Assembly: GCA_963785725.1 (NCBI GenBank)
Contig: CAWAWS010000047.1
Location: forward strand, 64,001-128,000
DNA length: 64,000 bases
Direction: 5' to 3'
Origin: an uncultured delta proteobacterium
Lineage (GTDB): Bacteria; Myxococcota_A; Polyangia; Palsa-1104
The translations under genes were made by a program, and so were the position numbers. Below are positions 11,395 through 23,118 of this stretch, piece after piece. The first letter of the stretch is position 1. Every line of letters starts with the position of its first letter. The notes under the pieces are model-generated. The model saw nothing but the letters and a program-made list of their open reading frames with translations, was not told where the DNA came from and ran no database searches.

Positions 11395-12065
11395 CGCGAG
11401 CCAAGGCCAAGTCGAGCGGCAGCCGCAGCAACGGCAGCCGTGGCAAGACGTCTGGCAACGGCAAGGGCGGCACGCCCGAGGCCGGCAAGCGCGAGCGCAT
11501 CCTCGACGCCGCCGTCAAAGTATTCGCCGCCGAAGGGTTCTACAACGCCAAAGTCTCGCAGATCGCGCAGGCGGCCGGCGTCGCCGACGGCACGATCTAC
11601 TTGTACTTCAAGTCCAAAGACGATCTGTTGATTCAGCTGTTCGAAGATCGCATGGAGCGCGTCAACTCGACGCTGCGCGAGGCGCTGGCGACGAATGATT
11701 CGGCCGCCGTGCGCCTGAAACGCGTGGTGCGCTTGCACCTCGAGCTGGTGGAAGCGAACCGCGACATGGCCGAGGTCATCTCGGTCGAATTGCGCCAGTC
11801 GTCGAAGTTCATTCGCGAATACGCCAACCCGAAGTTCGCCGAGTTCTTGCGCACCATCGCCGGCGCCGTCGTCGAAGGGCAGCGCGCGGGCGAATTGCGC
11901 TCGGACATCGACCCGTACATCTTCGCGCGCAGCCTGTTCGGCGCGCTCGACGAGATCGCGGTCGCCTGGCTTGTCAAACATCCCGGTTCCAAGGCTAGTA
12001 TCGACTTGCCGCGCGCTGCCGAGCACGTCGGCAACTTATTCATCGACGGGCTGCGCGCCCGTTAA
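11379..12065 (+). CDS. TetR family regulator, FadR/YsiA-like (fatty acid degradation)
   Basis: HTH RILDAAVKVFAAEGFYNAKVSQIAQAAGVADGTIYLYFKSKDDLLI, VELRQS, and context upstream of etfBA. Confidence 0.9.
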   Translation: MNNHSARAKAKSSGSRSNGSRGKTSGNGKGGTPEAGKRERILDAAVKVFAAEGFYNAKVSQIAQAAGVADGTIYLYFKSKDDLLIQLFEDRMERVNSTLREALATNDSAAVRLKRVVRLHLELVEANRDMAEVISVELRQSSKFIREYANPKFAEFLRTIAGAVVEGQRAGELRSDIDPYIFARSLFGALDEIAVAWLVKHPGSKASIDLPRAAEHVGNLFIDGLRAR

Positions 12066-12098
12066 ACGTCACCCGCCACTGCAACAAAGGAGACGATC

Positions 12099-12919
12099 GT
12101 GAAGATCCTCGTCACCGCCAAACGCGTTCCCGATCCCGAGCAGAAGATCAAGCTCAAGGGCAACGAGCTCGATCAGTCCGCGGTCAACTGGCAGCTCAAC
12201 CAGTTCGACGAGTACGCCGTCGAGACCGCGCTCCGACTGACGGAGAACGCGTCGGCCGGCGGCGCGCGCGACGGCGAAGTCATCGTCGCGTCGATCGGTC
12301 CCAAGGACGTGCAGCAGCAGCTGCGCTCGACGCTGGCCATGGGCGCGGACAAGGCCGTGCTCATCGCCGGCGACGACAACGAGCTCGACGCCGACATCGT
12401 GGCGCAGACGATCAAGAAGCTGGCCGAGCGCGACAAGCCGGACTTGATCCTCATGGGCAAGCTCGCCGCCGACTCGGAAGCGAACGACGCCGGTCAGCGC
12501 TTGGCCGGTCTGCTCGGCTGGCCGCAGGCGACGTTCGCGGGCACGATCGAAGTGACCGACGGCGGCAAGGCGCTGCTCGTCGGCCGCGAGGTCGACGCCG
12601 GCAACGAGATCAAGAAGGTGACGCTGCCGGCCGTGGTCACGGTCGACCTGCGCATCGTGGCGCCGACGGCGATCAAGAACGGCAAGACGGCGGCGACGCA
12701 CGCTTACGCCGAAGGGCCGCGCTACGCGTCGCTGAAGGGCATCATGGCGGCGAAGAAGAAGCCGATCGAGGAGACGACCTTGGCGGCGCTCGGCGTCACG
12801 ACGGCGAAGAAGGTCAAGACGATCGCGCTCGAGGCGCCGCCGGCGCGCAAAGCCGGCGTCAAGGTGGCCTCGGTCGAAGAGCTCGTGCAGAAGCTCCACA
12901 ACGAAGCGAAGGTGATCTG

Positions 12920-12920
<1 letters not shown>
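12099..12920 (+). CDS. etfB: Electron transfer flavoprotein subunit beta
   Basis: [25 protein letters not shown] and [24 protein letters not shown]. Confidence 0.96.
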
Positions 12921-13893
<973 letters not shown>

Positions 13894-13907
13894 CGTAAGC
13901 TCTGCCG

Positions 13908-14696
13908 ATGCGGCGGCTGCGCATCGGCGATCCTCCGAACCAACGTAGTCTCCGTGTCCGCGACGAGGGCGAGTCGAACCGGCCCGCCCTCGTTTGCGTC
14001 CACGGCGCCGGCTCCTCCTCGGTCATGTTCATGGATGTCGTGCGCCGGCTGTCGCCGCAGCGCCGCGTGGTCGCGCCCGATCTGCCGGGCCACGGCCAGT
14101 CGGATCCGTGGCATCCGCCGTCGGAAGTCTCCATCGACATGTACCGCGACGCCGTCGGCACCGTCTGCGCCGAGCTGCAGATCGCGCGCGCCGTGCTGCT
14201 CGGCCATTCGATGGGCGCGCTCGTCGCCCTGGCGGCGGCGGCGGCGTGGCCCGAGCGCGTCGCCGGGCTCGTGCTCGTCAACTCGGGCGCGAGCATCAAA
14301 GTCGCGCCCGAAGTGTTCACGCGCATCGAGTCGGATTTTCCGCGCTTCGGCAAGTGGTTCTCGCGGCTGGTGTGGTCGCCGACGACGCCGCTCGACACCA
14401 TCGAGCGCTGGGGCGCCGTCGCGCTCACGGCCGACCAAGCGACGACCGAGGCCGACTTCCGCGCCGTCGCGCGCTTCGACGCCACTGCCCTGCTCGACCG
14501 CATCCAAGCGCCGACGCTCGTGTTGGGCGGTGCGGACGATCGGTCGACGCCGCCCAAGCTGAGCCAGACCTTGGCGGCGGGAATTACGGGGGCGCGGGCG
14601 ATCATCGTGCCCAACGCCGGGCATATGTTGGCGCAAGAGCAGCCCGACATCTTCTTCGCCGAGCTGGAGACGTTCCTCGCGGCGTCGTCCAGCTGA
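13908..14696 (+). CDS. Alpha/beta fold hydrolase
   Basis: VHGAG, DLPGHG, GHSMG nucleophile elbow and AGHM. Confidence 0.92.
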   Translation: MRRLRIGDPPNQRSLRVRDEGESNRPALVCVHGAGSSSVMFMDVVRRLSPQRRVVAPDLPGHGQSDPWHPPSEVSIDMYRDAVGTVCAELQIARAVLLGHSMGALVALAAAAAWPERVAGLVLVNSGASIKVAPEVFTRIESDFPRFGKWFSRLVWSPTTPLDTIERWGAVALTADQATTEADFRAVARFDATALLDRIQAPTLVLGGADDRSTPPKLSQTLAAGITGARAIIVPNAGHMLAQEQPDIFFAELETFLAASSS

Positions 14697-14807
14697 GCCG
14701 CCCGCGCACACCGGCACACCTTCATCCGCGCCTCTTTTGCGCGTTTAGTGCACCCAACGCGATAGCGAATTTTCGTAGACCGCGATACGATACGGCGGTC
14801 CCGCGCT

Positions 14808-16613
14808 ATGACGACGCGACGTAAGCCAACGCTGGGCTGGGTCGCCGCGGTGGGCGCATTGGCGCTCGCGCTCGGCTGGTGTGTCGTGTGCCCTTGGCTC
14901 ACGGCGCTCTCCTTGGCGCACGCGACGGCGCTGGTGCCCATCGAAGGCGCGGGCGCGCTCGTGGTCGGCCTGGCCGGCTGGCGCGCGGCGCGGGCGTCGT
15001 CGACGTTGGGGCCGCGCGGCGCCGTTCGCTTGGGCGGCGTCATGGCGCTGGTCGGCGCCGGCGCGTCGCTGGTGACGGCGTTGGCGCTCTTGAAGCCGCT
15101 CGGCCCCTCGGCCGCGGTCGCGCTCGCGCTCGCCGACGGCGGCTGGACCATCTGCGTCGCGCTCACCGTCATGTTGGTGGCGATGTGGCGCATCGGCCGC
15201 AAGCGCGGCGACGAGTCGGTCGGTCGCGCCGTGTCGCTGCGCTCGCTCTTGGCCGGCGCGTCGGGCCTGTTGGCGACCGCGGCGTGGGCGCTGGCGTCCG
15301 GCCACGTGCTCGGACAGCTGCACGCCGACGCCGATCGCCACGCCCTCGACGAGGCGCGCGACCTCGTCGCCATCGTCGCCGAGCGCGCGCTCATCTCCGA
15401 CGAGCTCGACGACATCGCGCCCACGCTCGCGCCCGCCGGCGGCTACTTGGTCTCGCTCGACGACGCCGGCCGCGTGCTCGACGGCGTCGGCGTCGGGGTG
15501 CCCGCCGGCGCCGAAGTCTTGCTGGCCGGCCGCGACGCCTGCCGCATCGGACCGCGCATCCTGCCCTGCGCCGTGCGCCGCCTCGTCGACGGCACCATCG
15601 TCGCCGCCGCCGTTCCCGCAGTGCCGCTCGCCCGCGGCGTCGTCCTCGGCTTCGCGCTCGCCGGCCTCTTCGTCGCCCTGACCGCGCTCGGCATCGGCGG
15701 GCTCATCGGCGCCGGCACGGCCCGCGATCTCTCCCGCGTGGCGCAGACGCTCGACGAGCTCGGCCGCAACGCGCGCGGCCTCGATCGCCTCGTCGTCGCG
15801 CTGACGCATGACGAAGTCGGCGAGCTGGCGACCGCGCTCGGACAGCTGCGCGCGCGCTTGGCGCCGGGGCTCGCCGAATACCAAGCGGCGCTAGAGAAAG
15901 CGCAGGCCGCCGATCAAGCGCGCACCGAGTTTTTGACGCTGGTCTCGGCGGAGCTGCGCACGCCGCTCGATCGCATCTTGGCCGGCGCGCGCACCTTGCT
16001 CGATCCCGCCGCCGAGCCGCTCTCGGACGAGCAAAAAGAGGACGTGCGCATCGTGCTCACGTCGACGACGCACTTGGTCGATCTCATCGACGAGGTGCTC
16101 GATATCTCGGCGATCGCGACCGGACAGGTGCAGCTCAAGCTCGGGCAGGTCGATCTCGGACAGCTGGTGGCCGACGTCGCCAAAGCGCAGCGACCGCTGG
16201 TGCAGCAAAAGGGCGTCGAGATCAAGATCGACATCGACACGCCGTCACCCGATGCGCGCGCCGACGAACGGCGGCTGCGCCAAGTCGTCACCAACATCAT
16301 CTCCAACGCCGTCAAGTTCACAGAGAAGGGCTCGATCGAAATTGGCGTGCATCGCGAGTCGGACCGCGTCGTCATCAGCGTCAAAGACACGGGGCCGGGA
16401 ATCGCCGACGAGCAGCTGCCCAAGCTGTTCTCGGAGTTCGTGCAGCTGGGCTCGTTGAAGCAGCGCGCGCGCGGCACCGGGCTCGGCCTCGCCATCTGCA
16501 AACGGCTCGTCGAAGCGCACGGCGGGCAGGTCGCGGCCGAATCCAAAGTCGGCGTCGGCTCCATCTTTCGCGTCATCTTGCCGGCGCGCGGACCGGACGT
16601 GTCGCGCGCATGA
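14808..16613 (+). CDS. Multi-TM HAMP sensor histidine kinase-like protein lacking the phospho-acceptor His; ATP-binding domain intact
   Basis: H-box reads FLTLVSAELRTPL (GCG at 15948-15950). N box NIISNAVKFT, G1 DTGPGI, F box LFSEF and G2 GTGLGLAIC are all canonical. Confidence 0.9.
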   Translation: MTTRRKPTLGWVAAVGALALALGWCVVCPWLTALSLAHATALVPIEGAGALVVGLAGWRAARASSTLGPRGAVRLGGVMALVGAGASLVTALALLKPLGPSAAVALALADGGWTICVALTVMLVAMWRIGRKRGDESVGRAVSLRSLLAGASGLLATAAWALASGHVLGQLHADADRHALDEARDLVAIVAERALISDELDDIAPTLAPAGGYLVSLDDAGRVLDGVGVGVPAGAEVLLAGRDACRIGPRILPCAVRRLVDGTIVAAAVPAVPLARGVVLGFALAGLFVALTALGIGGLIGAGTARDLSRVAQTLDELGRNARGLDRLVVALTHDEVGELATALGQLRARLAPGLAEYQAALEKAQAADQARTEFLTLVSAELRTPLDRILAGARTLLDPAAEPLSDEQKEDVRIVLTSTTHLVDLIDEVLDISAIATGQVQLKLGQVDLGQLVADVAKAQRPLVQQKGVEIKIDIDTPSPDARADERRLRQVVTNIISNAVKFTEKGSIEIGVHRESDRVVISVKDTGPGIADEQLPKLFSEFVQLGSLKQRARGTGLGLAICKRLVEAHGGQVAAESKVGVGSIFRVILPARGPDVSRA

Positions 16614-18494
16614 GCCCGGGAGCGACGATCGCAGCCCGCACCGCGATGACGGCGCGCGTGCGCATCTTGGCCGGCTGCATGGTGCTGGCGATCGGCGTGG
16701 CGTTCCTACTGCCGTCACTGTTTCAGTGGGTGCTGCATCTGTCGCCGAACGAAGCCGAATACACGCGGCGCGCGTTCTGGGCCGGCGTGCCGCTCGATCT
16801 GACGGCGCTGACGACGACGGTGTGGATCGGCCTGTCGGGCGTCGATCGCGCGCAGCCGGGCGACGAGCGCGCCCGCCGCCGCGTGTTGGCGCTGCCGTTC
16901 CGCTTGTCGCTGGTGACGGTCGTGTTCGGCATCGTGATGGCGCTGGGCGCGATGGCCTTCGATCAGTACAAGACGCAGACGCCCTTGCCGATCGCGTTCG
17001 GCTTGACGCTGTGCTCGTGCGCGATGATCGCGCTCGTCGCCGTGCCGCTCTTTGCCTTGACGCGCGCGGCGCTCGTGCCGTTGGCGCAGCGGTTGGCGAC
17101 GGAGTCGCCGCCGATGGGCCGGCCCTTGTCGCTGCGCGTGCAGCTCGGCTACACGGTGTTCGCCATCGCCACGGCCGCGGTCGTGCCGGCAGCGGTCTTC
17201 GGCATGGCGCAGCTCGAAGCCGCGGCCGCGACCGAAGCGCACGCGCGCGCCGAGAAGACCGCGTCGCGGCTGGCGGCGACCGCGCAAGAGCTCGACGTCG
17301 TGGCCGCGACGCGCCTCATGACGCGCACGCCGTTGTCGGGTCGCGAGCGCGTCATCTTGCGCGCGCCGTCGGGCTCGCTCATTCCCGACGACGCCGCCGA
17401 CGAAGTGTCGTGGATGCCGTATGTCGAGAAGCGACTCGGCGGCTCGCTGGCCGGCGGCGCGCTGCGGATCTATTACGCGCCGCGCCCGATCTCGCCGGTC
17501 GCGCTGATGTTGGTGACGCTCGGCCTCTTGCTGCTCGCGCTCGTCGTCGCCTCCACGATCGGCACCGCCGTCGCCAAAGACGCGCACGGCGTGGCCGAGC
17601 AGAATCGCGCGCGTCGCCGCCGGCGAAGAGCCGGAGCCGCTCGGCGCCGTCGCCACCGCCGAAGTGCGCCGCGTGACGATGGCCGTCAACCGCCTGCTCG
17701 AGCGCATCCCGCGCTTGACGGTCGAGTCCTTCTTGGCCGTCGAGCGCGCCGAAGAGGCTCGCCGTCTCAAAGCGCAGTTCTTGGCCAATATGAGCCACGA
17801 TTTGCGCTCGCCGCTGAACTCGATCTTGGGCTTCTCCGAGCTGCTCTTGCGCAACTTGGAAGGCGAGATTTCGCCCGGCCAGCGCGTCGTCTTGGCGGCG
17901 GTGCACGCGACCGGTCTCAACTTGTTGCGATTGCTGACCGAGATCTTGGACACGGCGAAAGTCGAGAGCGGCAAGATGGAGCTGCATCGCCAGTCGACGC
18001 CGCCGGCCGAGCTGCTCACGCAGGCGCTGCAAGAGGCGCGGCGCGGTCGCGCGCAGGCCGCCACCGACAAGCTCGTCGTCGAGCTGCAGCCGGGAATGGG
18101 CCCGATTTACGTCGATCCGCTGCGCATGGTGCAGGCGATTACCCATCTCGTGAACTACGCGCTCGACGCGGCCGATGGCGGACGCGCCATGTTGCAAGCG
18201 AGCGAAGGCGAGATGGCGGAGTCGCGCGTGCTCCTGCTCGACATCGAGCACGACGGCGTCCTCGAAGATCACGAGCGCCGCGAGGTGTTCGACGGCTTCC
18301 GGCGCATCGCCGGCAAACAGGGTCTGAATCTGGCGCTGCCGCTGGCCAAGCGCATCCTCGAGCTGCACGGCGGCCAATTGGACCTCGTCAACGCCGGCCA
18401 ATCGGGGCAGCGGCCGCGCTTTCGCGCCGTGGTGCCGATCGGCGTCCGCCGCGAAAAAGCCACGCCCACCCGCGGCGTTCCCCGCATTCCGTAG
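16610..18494 (+). CDS. Multi-TM HAMP sensor histidine kinase-like protein with intact H-box and degenerate ATP-binding domain; one apparent +1 frameshift at about 17603
   Basis: Removing one A at 17603-17604 joins the TM region (ORF 16610) to the kinase core (ORF 17664..18494) through a HAMP-like segment. H-box FLANMSHDLRSPL; N, G1 and G2 boxes degenerate. Confidence 0.85.
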
Positions 18495-18563
18495 CTCATT
18501 TTGACGAATCCATAAATCGCGCGTAACGGAAGCTTGCGTAGGCGTAGCGACCAAATTGTCCTG

Positions 18564-18572
18564 TGATATAAT
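18564..18572 (+). promoter_or_regulatory. Extended -10 promoter upstream of the MoxR operon
   Basis: TGATATAAT (TGn-TATAAT), 15 nt before ATG 18588. Confidence 0.6.
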
Positions 18573-18587
18573 GACTCGCGAATCTCT

Positions 18588-19577
18588 ATGACCGTCTCAC
18601 CAGTTCCACTCGAGCCACCCGAACGGCCGCGCGATGCCCGCGCCGCGCTCTCACGACTAGAAACGGCCGTCGCGCGCGTCATTCACGGCAAAGGCGCGGT
18701 CGTGCGCATGGCCATCAGCGCGCTGGCGGCGCGCGGCCACGTGCTCATCGAAGACGTGCCCGGTGTCGGCAAGACCACGCTCGCTCGCGCCTTGGCGCGC
18801 GCCATCGGCGGCACGTTCCGCCGCATTCAGTTCACGTCCGATCTATTGCCGTCGGACATCCTCGGCGTCACCATCTTCAACCAAGAGTCGGGCCGCTTCG
18901 AGTTTCGCCGCGGTCCCATCTTCGCCAACGTCGTGCTCGCGGACGAGATCAACCGCACGACGCCGCGCACGCAGTCGTCGCTGCTCGAAGCCATGAGCGA
19001 AGGCCGCGTCTCGCTCGACAACTTCACGCACGAGCTCGATCAGCCGTTCATCGTCCTGGCGACGCAGAACCCGCTCGAGCACTTCGGCACCTATCCCTTG
19101 CCCGAGTCGCAGATGGATCGTTTCCTGTTGCGCTTGCGCATGGGCTATCCGTCGCCGGCCGACGAACGGCGCGTGGTCACCTCGGCGCAGCTCGAAGATC
19201 CGGTGGAGAGCCTGCAGCCGGTCGTCGACGCCACCGACATCGCGGCGATTCAGCACGCGGCGGCGCGCGTGCGCGTCGAAGATGCGCTCGTCGATTACGG
19301 CCAGCGCGTCGTCAGCGCCACGCGCGAGTCGCCGTTCTTGGCGCTCGGCGTGTCACCGCGCGGCTTTCAAGGCTGGTATCGCGTCGCCAAGTCGCGCGCG
19401 CTCATCGGCGGTCGCGACTTCGCCGTGCCCGACGACTTCAAAGAGACCGCGCTGCCGGCGCTCGCGCATCGCCTGGTGCTGTCGGGTGGCGGCGCCGGCG
19501 AGCCGCTCGGCCGCGCGCGTGAAGAGGCGGAGCGCGTCCTGACCAATCTCCTCGAGCGCATCCCGGTTCCCGCGTAG
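18588..19577 (+). CDS. MoxR family AAA+ ATPase
   Basis: EDVPGVGKT, RIQFTSDLLPSD, LADEINR, ATQNP and YPLPESQMDRF. Confidence 0.95.
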   Translation: MTVSPVPLEPPERPRDARAALSRLETAVARVIHGKGAVVRMAISALAARGHVLIEDVPGVGKTTLARALARAIGGTFRRIQFTSDLLPSDILGVTIFNQESGRFEFRRGPIFANVVLADEINRTTPRTQSSLLEAMSEGRVSLDNFTHELDQPFIVLATQNPLEHFGTYPLPESQMDRFLLRLRMGYPSPADERRVVTSAQLEDPVESLQPVVDATDIAAIQHAAARVRVEDALVDYGQRVVSATRESPFLALGVSPRGFQGWYRVAKSRALIGGRDFAVPDDFKETALPALAHRLVLSGGGAGEPLGRAREEAERVLTNLLERIPVPA

Positions 19578-19583
19578 GCGAAG

Positions 19584-20711
19584 ATGCCGCGCCGCCGTAG
19601 CAATTGGGAGCGCGCCGCCGGTTGGATGCGCGTCGCCGCGTGGCGCTTTGGCCGCCGCCTGCGCAAGTGGTGGAAACCGCCGCGGCGCCTGCAGTTCACG
19701 CGCGAGGGCAAGTACTTCGTCGGCATCACCATCGGCGTCGGCTTCGCGGCCATCAACACCGGCAACAACCTGCTCTACCTCCTGCTCGGCATGATGCTGT
19801 CGCTCATCATTGCCTCCGGGATCATGAGCGAGCTGTCGCTGCGCGATCTGACGGTCACGCGCCAGCCGCCCTCGCGCATCCACGCGCGCCGGCCGTTTCT
19901 GATGGGCATCGGGCTCGCCAACGGCAAGAAGCGGCTGCCTTCGTTCTCGGTCGAGGTCGAGGATTTGGTCGGCGAGCGGCCGCTCGACAAGAAGTGTTAC
20001 TTCCTGAAGCTGCCCGCGGGACGACTGCAGCACACCTCCTATCGCCACACGTTTCCCCGCCGCGGCCGCTACACGTACTCGGGCTTTCGGCTGTCGACGA
20101 AGTTTCCCTTCGCGCTCTTTCGCAAGTCGCGCCTCGTCGATCGCGCGACCGAAGTCATCGTCTATCCGCAGCTGGCGCAGCTCGGTCACGCACAAGCGCC
20201 GCGCGCGCGCGTCGCCGGCCTGGAAGCGCAGAACCGGCGCGGCCGACAGGGCGAATTCCACGGCCTGCGCGAGTTTCGCGACGGCGACGATCCGCGCGAC
20301 ATTCACTGGCGCTCGACGGCGAAGGTCGGTCGCACGCTCGTCCGCGAGCACGAGGAGGAGGCCGCGCGTCGCGTCACGATCTACCTCGACAACGCGCTGC
20401 CCGAAGGCGAGCTGTGTCCCGACGAGCTGGCCAAAGACGGCCTCGAGCGCGCCATTTCGCTTGCCGCGTCGCTCGCCGCCGACTATCTCGAGCGCGGTTA
20501 TGCCGTGCGCGTCGTGACGCGCGGCGATGCCGTGCCGCCGTGGCTGCAAGGCCCGCCGCAGCTCGTGCGCCTATTGAAGACGCTGGCGCTGTTGCCGACG
20601 GCGACACCGGAGCAGCCGTTTCCGCCCGTCGGTGACGCCAGCGCCGAGCCGATCTTGATCGTGCGCAAAGGCGGACCGCGCGCGGCCTTCACGCGGGTGA
20701 TCGAAGCGTGA
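19584..20711 (+). CDS. DUF58 domain membrane protein
   Basis: N-terminal TM pair (AAINTGNNLLYLL), FPFALF and EFHGLREFRDGDDPRDIHWRSTAK; follows MoxR. Confidence 0.9.
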   Translation: MPRRRSNWERAAGWMRVAAWRFGRRLRKWWKPPRRLQFTREGKYFVGITIGVGFAAINTGNNLLYLLLGMMLSLIIASGIMSELSLRDLTVTRQPPSRIHARRPFLMGIGLANGKKRLPSFSVEVEDLVGERPLDKKCYFLKLPAGRLQHTSYRHTFPRRGRYTYSGFRLSTKFPFALFRKSRLVDRATEVIVYPQLAQLGHAQAPRARVAGLEAQNRRGRQGEFHGLREFRDGDDPRDIHWRSTAKVGRTLVREHEEEAARRVTIYLDNALPEGELCPDELAKDGLERAISLAASLAADYLERGYAVRVVTRGDAVPPWLQGPPQLVRLLKTLALLPTATPEQPFPPVGDASAEPILIVRKGGPRAAFTRVIEA

Positions 20712-20760
20712 GCGCGCAGGTTCGCGCCGCCAGCGCGCCGCTTGCGAGCGTGACCGGCGC

Positions 20761-22959
20761 ATGAGGTTCAGCGCCATCCACAAAGCGACGTCGTACCTCA
20801 TGGTCGCCGCCGCCTTCGCCACGCTCGCCCTGTCGCACGAGCTCTCGCCCGTCGTCGTCGGGCTGACGCTCGGGGCCGGCCTGCTCTCTTATCCGTTCGA
20901 GCCTGCGCGCCATCCGCGCTTGCGCGCCCGCGCCTGGACCGCCGGCTGGAACGCCGTCAGCCTCGCGGTCTTCGCGCTCACGCTCATCGACGCCATCCGC
21001 GGCGACGCCTTGCCCGCCGGCGTCCGCTTCTTGTGCTTTCTGCTCGTCAACAAGCTGTGGAACCGCAAGTCATCACGCGATTACTTGCAAGCCTACGTCG
21101 TCAGCTTCCTCATGCTCGTCGCCGGCGCCGCGCTCAACAACGAGCTCGCCTACGCCGGCTGCTTCTTGGCCTACGTCATCTTCGCCACCTGGACGCTCAC
21201 GCTCTTCCACTTGCGCCGCGAGATGGAAGAGAACTACCTCATCAAACATTCCGACGACGGCGCCGAACGCGTCGAGGTCGATCGCATCCTCAACTCGCGC
21301 CGCATCGTCGGCTGGTCGTTCCTCGGCGTGACCTCAATCGTCTCGGTCGGCGTCTTCGTTGGCGCGACGTTGGTGTTCTTCCTCATTCCGCGCTTCGGCT
21401 TCGGCTTCTTCGCCACGCACACGCGCCACGGCCAGATGACCGTCGGCTTCAGCGATCGCGTCGACCTGAACGGCTACGGCCTCGTCAAAGACAATCCGCA
21501 AGTCGTCATGCGCGTCGAGTTTCCGGGGCCGCTGCCGGCCGAGCCGCTGCGCTTCCGCGGCGTCGCGTTCGACAAGTACGAGAGAGGTCGCTGGACCCGC
21601 ACGTTGACCGCGCAATCGCCGATGCGTCGTTGGGGCGACCTCGCGTTCATCGGCGAGATGTCGCGTCATTTGAACGGGCCGCGCGTGCGCGACTTCTTGA
21701 GCCACGCGTTGGAGCAGCGCATCTACCTCAATCCGCTCGACACGGCCGTGCTCTTCGGCGCATCGCGGGCGGTGGCGTTCGAGATGCCCTCGGGCGGCGG
21801 TCTCGGCCCGGCGCCGGTCGTCGCCGAGCCGCGACCCGGCGACGAAGTCTATGCCGTCGAGCGCCGCTTCAACCGCGACGGCAACTACAGCTCCGTCGAG
21901 CGCCGCTCGGGCTTGCGCTACAGCGTCTACTCCGACGTGTCATCGCCCGACGAGCGCGTGTTGCGCCTCGCGCCCGACGCCGATCGCGAAGACGACGAGC
22001 TCGCGCCGTATCTCGCCTTGCCCGCCGATTTGCCGCCACGCGTCGCCGAGCTGGCGCGCCAGATCACCCGTGACGCGCACGGCCCGTGGCAAAAGGCGCG
22101 CGCCATCTCCGACTACCTCGCGCGCTATAAATACACGCTCGATCTCAAGCGCGACGAGCGCTACGAGCCGCTCGAAGACTTCCTGTTCGTGCAAAAGGCC
22201 GGTCACTGCGAATATTTCGCGTCGGCGCTGGCCGTGCTCTTGCGCGTCGTCGGCGTGCCGACGCGCTCCGTCAACGGCTTCTTGGGCGGCGAATGGAACA
22301 GCTACGGCCACTATCTCGCCGTCCGCCAAGGCGACGCGCACTCGTGGGTCGAAGTGTGGATCGACGGCGCCGGCTGGGTGACGATGGATCCGACGCCGCC
22401 CGGCGCCGCGCCCGCGAGCTCCGGCGGCGCGTGGAACGCCATGCGCCAGCTCGCCGACAACATGGAGCTGGCCTGGTTCAAGTACGTCATCGAGTACGAC
22501 CTCGGCAAGCAGGCCGACATCGTCAGCGGCGTGCGGCGCTGGGCGCAGCTCGCGTCCAAGCGCGACGCCGTCGACGCGGCGGTACGCCGCTATGCGGCGC
22601 CGCTCGTCGGCGCGGCCGCGGCGCTCTATGGTTTGTGGCTGCTCTTGGGCGTGTGGCGTCGCCGCCGGCTGCCGGCACAACGCATTCGGGGCGGCGCCGA
22701 GGCGCTGCACGCGTATGCGCGCGCGTTGAAAGCGCTCGAACGGCGCGGCTTTCAGCGCGGCGCGGGCGAGACCGGCCGCGAGCTCGCCGCGCGCGTCGAA
22801 CGCGCCGCCGATCCGGCCGCGGCGCCGTTCACCGAGCTCGTCGAGCTTTACTACGCCGCGCGCTTCGGCAACGTCCCGATCGCGACCGCCGAGCTCGAGC
22901 GGCTGGCGCATTCGGTGGCCGCCTCGCCGCCCGCACCAGAAGTCGCTGCCGCCGGCTGA
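20761..22959 (+). CDS. TgpA-like transglutaminase domain membrane protein (DUF3488 / TGase / DUF4129-type architecture)
   Basis: Multi-TM N-terminus; catalytic triad motifs [17 protein letters not shown] and DPTP; C-terminal LYYAARFG. Confidence 0.92.
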   Translation: MRFSAIHKATSYLMVAAAFATLALSHELSPVVVGLTLGAGLLSYPFEPARHPRLRARAWTAGWNAVSLAVFALTLIDAIRGDALPAGVRFLCFLLVNKLWNRKSSRDYLQAYVVSFLMLVAGAALNNELAYAGCFLAYVIFATWTLTLFHLRREMEENYLIKHSDDGAERVEVDRILNSRRIVGWSFLGVTSIVSVGVFVGATLVFFLIPRFGFGFFATHTRHGQMTVGFSDRVDLNGYGLVKDNPQVVMRVEFPGPLPAEPLRFRGVAFDKYERGRWTRTLTAQSPMRRWGDLAFIGEMSRHLNGPRVRDFLSHALEQRIYLNPLDTAVLFGASRAVAFEMPSGGGLGPAPVVAEPRPGDEVYAVERRFNRDGNYSSVERRSGLRYSVYSDVSSPDERVLRLAPDADREDDELAPYLALPADLPPRVAELARQITRDAHGPWQKARAISDYLARYKYTLDLKRDERYEPLEDFLFVQKAGHCEYFASALAVLLRVVGVPTRSVNGFLGGEWNSYGHYLAVRQGDAHSWVEVWIDGAGWVTMDPTPPGAAPASSGGAWNAMRQLADNMELAWFKYVIEYDLGKQADIVSGVRRWAQLASKRDAVDAAVRRYAAPLVGAAAALYGLWLLLGVWRRRRLPAQRIRGGAEALHAYARALKALERRGFQRGAGETGRELAARVERAADPAAAPFTELVELYYAARFGNVPIATAELERLAHSVAASPPAPEVAAAG

Positions 22960-22970
22960 CCACCTCCGCT

Positions 22971-22999
22971 TTGACGTCGCGCTGCCGAGCCATTAAGGT
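22971..22999 (+). promoter_or_regulatory. Sigma70-type promoter for the surface protein/beta-barrel pair
   Basis: TTGACG-N17-TAAGGT. Confidence 0.55.
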
Positions 23000-23118
23000 G
23001 TTTGACACTTTGGCTCAACATGGCTTTCGCTCGTGACGCGATGACGTCCTATCGGCTCCGTGCCGGTCGCAACCCGCGGGAATCACACGCGGCATTCCGC
23101 TTGCACACCCGCGCCCCC

